A stretch of DNA of 63,992 bases, the filler included, from Octopus bimaculoides (lineage: Eukaryota), in the NCBI RefSeq assembly GCF_001194135.2. It is 5 parts of 4 records of this genome, joined end to end, with 100 filler letters (N's around TTAATTAATTAA, not from the genome) between each part and the next. Parts side by side here need not be neighbours in the genome. Positions count along the whole stretch, not along the records: positions 52,478 to 62,002 come from NC_068982.1; positions 62,103 to 63,992 come from NW_026304176.1; 3 more parts are not named here. One strand, 5' to 3'. The notes beneath the pieces were generated by a model. That model did not search any database, was not told the DNA's origin, and saw only the letters and a list, made by a program, of their open reading frames with translations. This document shows, one piece after another, positions 61,933 through 63,992 of the stretch; the first letter of the stretch is position 1, and each line of letters opens with the position of its first letter. The position numbers were made by a program, and so were the translations under genes.

Positions 61933-62002
<70 letters not shown>

Positions 62003-62339
62003 NNNNNNNNNNNNNNNNNNNNNNNNNNNNNNNNNNNNNNNNNNNNTTAATTAATTAANNNNNNNNNNNNNNNNNNNNNNNNNNNNNNNNNNNNNNNNNN
62101 NNGTACATGAGTAACTTTAGTTAAAATGAAGAACACTTCTCATAGAAGTACAGTTACATGAGAATATACATATGAGTATATTAATTAGAGACACAAAAAG
62201 CAGATTTGAGTGAAATATATGCATGTATGATCATATTTAATACGTTCATGTAAATTTGGATGTGGAAAGACATCTTTCCATCCATATTGTCTCTGAAGAG
62301 ACAAGGATAATGAGGATGATCAGGTGGTGGTGATGGTGG

Positions 62340-62650
62340 GGCCGCTATTACAGCACATTTCTGCATCCATCATCTGTCAGTATTTGCTTGGCTCATCCTG
62401 GGCAAATCTCTGAGCAGTGTCCCAGCCACACTCCATCTCTGCGAGATTCTTTTTTGTCTGCCATGACCATGTAGTATATGTTAACCAACACAAGCCGTCA
62501 CCAAAAGGCCTCAGGCATTGTCCAAGTTTTGCAACTACATAGCAAGACAGGAAAGACCAGAGACCTGAAGATCTGAAAAGTTGTCCTGCTCAGAATAGTT
62601 CAAGCTGAATTGCATTCTGCTTCATTCTGGTGACGATCCTGTCTTTTATC
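62340..62650 (-). mobile_element. Decayed RTE-clade LINE RT C-terminal fragment
   Basis: RTTFQIFRSLVFPVLLCSCKTWTM...RL and LGHCSEICPG*AKQILT match RTE K.RVF.SLV.PVLLYGCETWT and GHVAR...PA.QIL. Confidence 0.75.
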
Positions 62651-63282
62651 TCTTTTTATACTCAATGTCTCTTCACCTTTTTCAGTTTTTTTTTTCTACT
62701 GTTCATGTGACAATGTAGAGTTCTTCTTCAGTGGAAANNNNNNNNNNNNNNNNNNNNNNNNNNNNNNNNNNNNNNNNNNNNNNNNNNNNNNNNNNNNNNN
62801 NNNNNNNNNNNNNNNNNNNNNNNNNNNNNNNNNNNNNNNNNNNNNNNNNNNNNNNNNNNNNNNNNNNNNNNNNNNNNNNNNNNNNNNNNNNNNNNNNNNN
62901 NNNNNNNNNNNNNNNNNNNNNNNNNNNNNNNNNNNNNNNNNNNNNNNNNNNNNNNNNNNNNNNNNNNNNNNNNNNNNNNNNNNNNNNNNNNNNNNNNNNN
63001 NNNNNNNNNNNNNNNNNNNNNNNNNNNNNNNNNNNNNNNNNNNNNNNNNNNNNNNNNNNNNNNNNNNNNNNNNNNNNNNNNNNNNNNNNNNNNNNNNNNN
63101 NNNNNNNNNNNNNNNNNNNNNNNNNNNNNNNNNNNNNNNNNNNNNNNNNNNNNNNNNNNNNNNNNNNNNNNNNNNNNNNNNNNNNNNNNNNNNNNNNNNN
63201 NNNNNNNNNNNNNNNNNNNNNNNNNNNNNNNNNNNNNNNNNNNNNNNNNNNNNNNNNNNNNNNNNNNNNNNNNNNNNNNNNN

Positions 63283-63650
63283 CATGAGCAGAAGTAGTGG
63301 GGGAACATCATAGCCATGTGTTGAGAGGAATTCTTTGGGGTTCGAATAATTCACCTTTGGAAACATGGGCGTTTTGCTCAACATCCTTAAACAAACCTTA
63401 TTCAGGGACCTTTTGAGCAGAATGGGCTACTCGACCTGAAGAAAATTCTAACTGGGCCCCACCTGCGAGGTCATGTTCTGTTTATCTTGATATGAGATCA
63501 CCATGTCACGCACATATGGTTGTGATGCATGTGCCTGGTGTACCCTTATCAAACAGGTAATCATGATGGGTATATTGGGTTTCATATATTTGTACCCCAG
63601 TGTCACTTTGATGGCATGCACTGCTCTCTCACTCAATAATAATAACAATA
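63283..63650 (+). mobile_element. Probable non-LTR retroelement 3' end with an (AAT)n tail
   Basis: Non-coding block of higher GC ending CTCTCTCACTC-(AAT)n directly after a gap; tail architecture is typical of LINE/SINE 3' ends. Family not assigned. Confidence 0.5.
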
Positions 63651-63812
63651 AAACTAATTTCTTTTATTGGCCACAAGGGTCCAAGACATGGAGGATAATA
63701 TCAAAGGACAACTTACAACTCACAAAAACAAAACAAAATAAAGATTACAAAAACAAAACCCAATGGGGGAGTGGGTTTACATTGGATGCTCATACCCTCA
63801 ACTAATCACCTA

Positions 63813-63992
63813 TAGAAATCTTGGGTTGTTTTGTGCAGCTGGTACAATACAGTCAGTGCCTGGCGACGTTCTACATGCCAAACGCCCAACATTGGCCTAT
63901 ATTTGACCCATGACTTTAGCTGTGTCAATGAGATGAGCTGCAGAAAGCCGTGTTGCACGAAGGACTCCCACACCAATTCACCTTTGTTCACA
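63813..63992 (-). CDS. Possible exon truncated by the window edge (VNKGELVWESFVQHGFLQLISLTQLKSWVKYRPMLGVWHVERRQALTVLYQLHKTTQDFY)
   Basis: Open minus frame up to a donor-like TATAG|GTGATT; a plus frame is also open from the same junction. Not recognised. Confidence 0.25.

Overview
AT-rich, gap-riddled, microsatellite-dense animal genomic DNA, most likely from an Octopus assembly. That is inferred from the high-copy tRNA-derived SINE families, the RTE LINE tails ending in (GAT)n and the TTAATTAATTAA-padded gaps; it is not proven. Almost all long ORFs in the track are artefacts of (TA)n/(CA)n repeats or N-runs. Most recognisable content is transposon debris: a decayed Ty3/Gypsy pol (PR-RT-RH-IN, minus strand, ~1.9-4.2 kb), a decayed Helitron Rep/helicase (22.1-23.5 kb), a ~1.1 kb mariner with TIRs (49.2-50.3 kb), RTE LINE pieces, two Penelope-like RT fragments, MITEs and about 20 SINE copies of three families. 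No intact, named host gene is recognisable. The best host-gene candidate is a pair of splice-phase-compatible plus-strand exons (31070-31238 and 38321-~38434) encoding an unrecognised Cys/Gly-containing protein. The most interesting non-coding signal is a family of minimal hammerhead-ribozyme-like motifs: a same-strand tandem pair with cleavage sites ~361 nt apart, an inverted third copy, a distant degenerate copy, and a separate near-canonical motif at 42043. All carry core deviations, so activity is unproven. A strongly CpG-depleted block at ~7.3-13.9 kb suggests a methylated, transcribed domain whose exons I could not identify. All alignments and translations were done by eye, so element boundaries are approximate.
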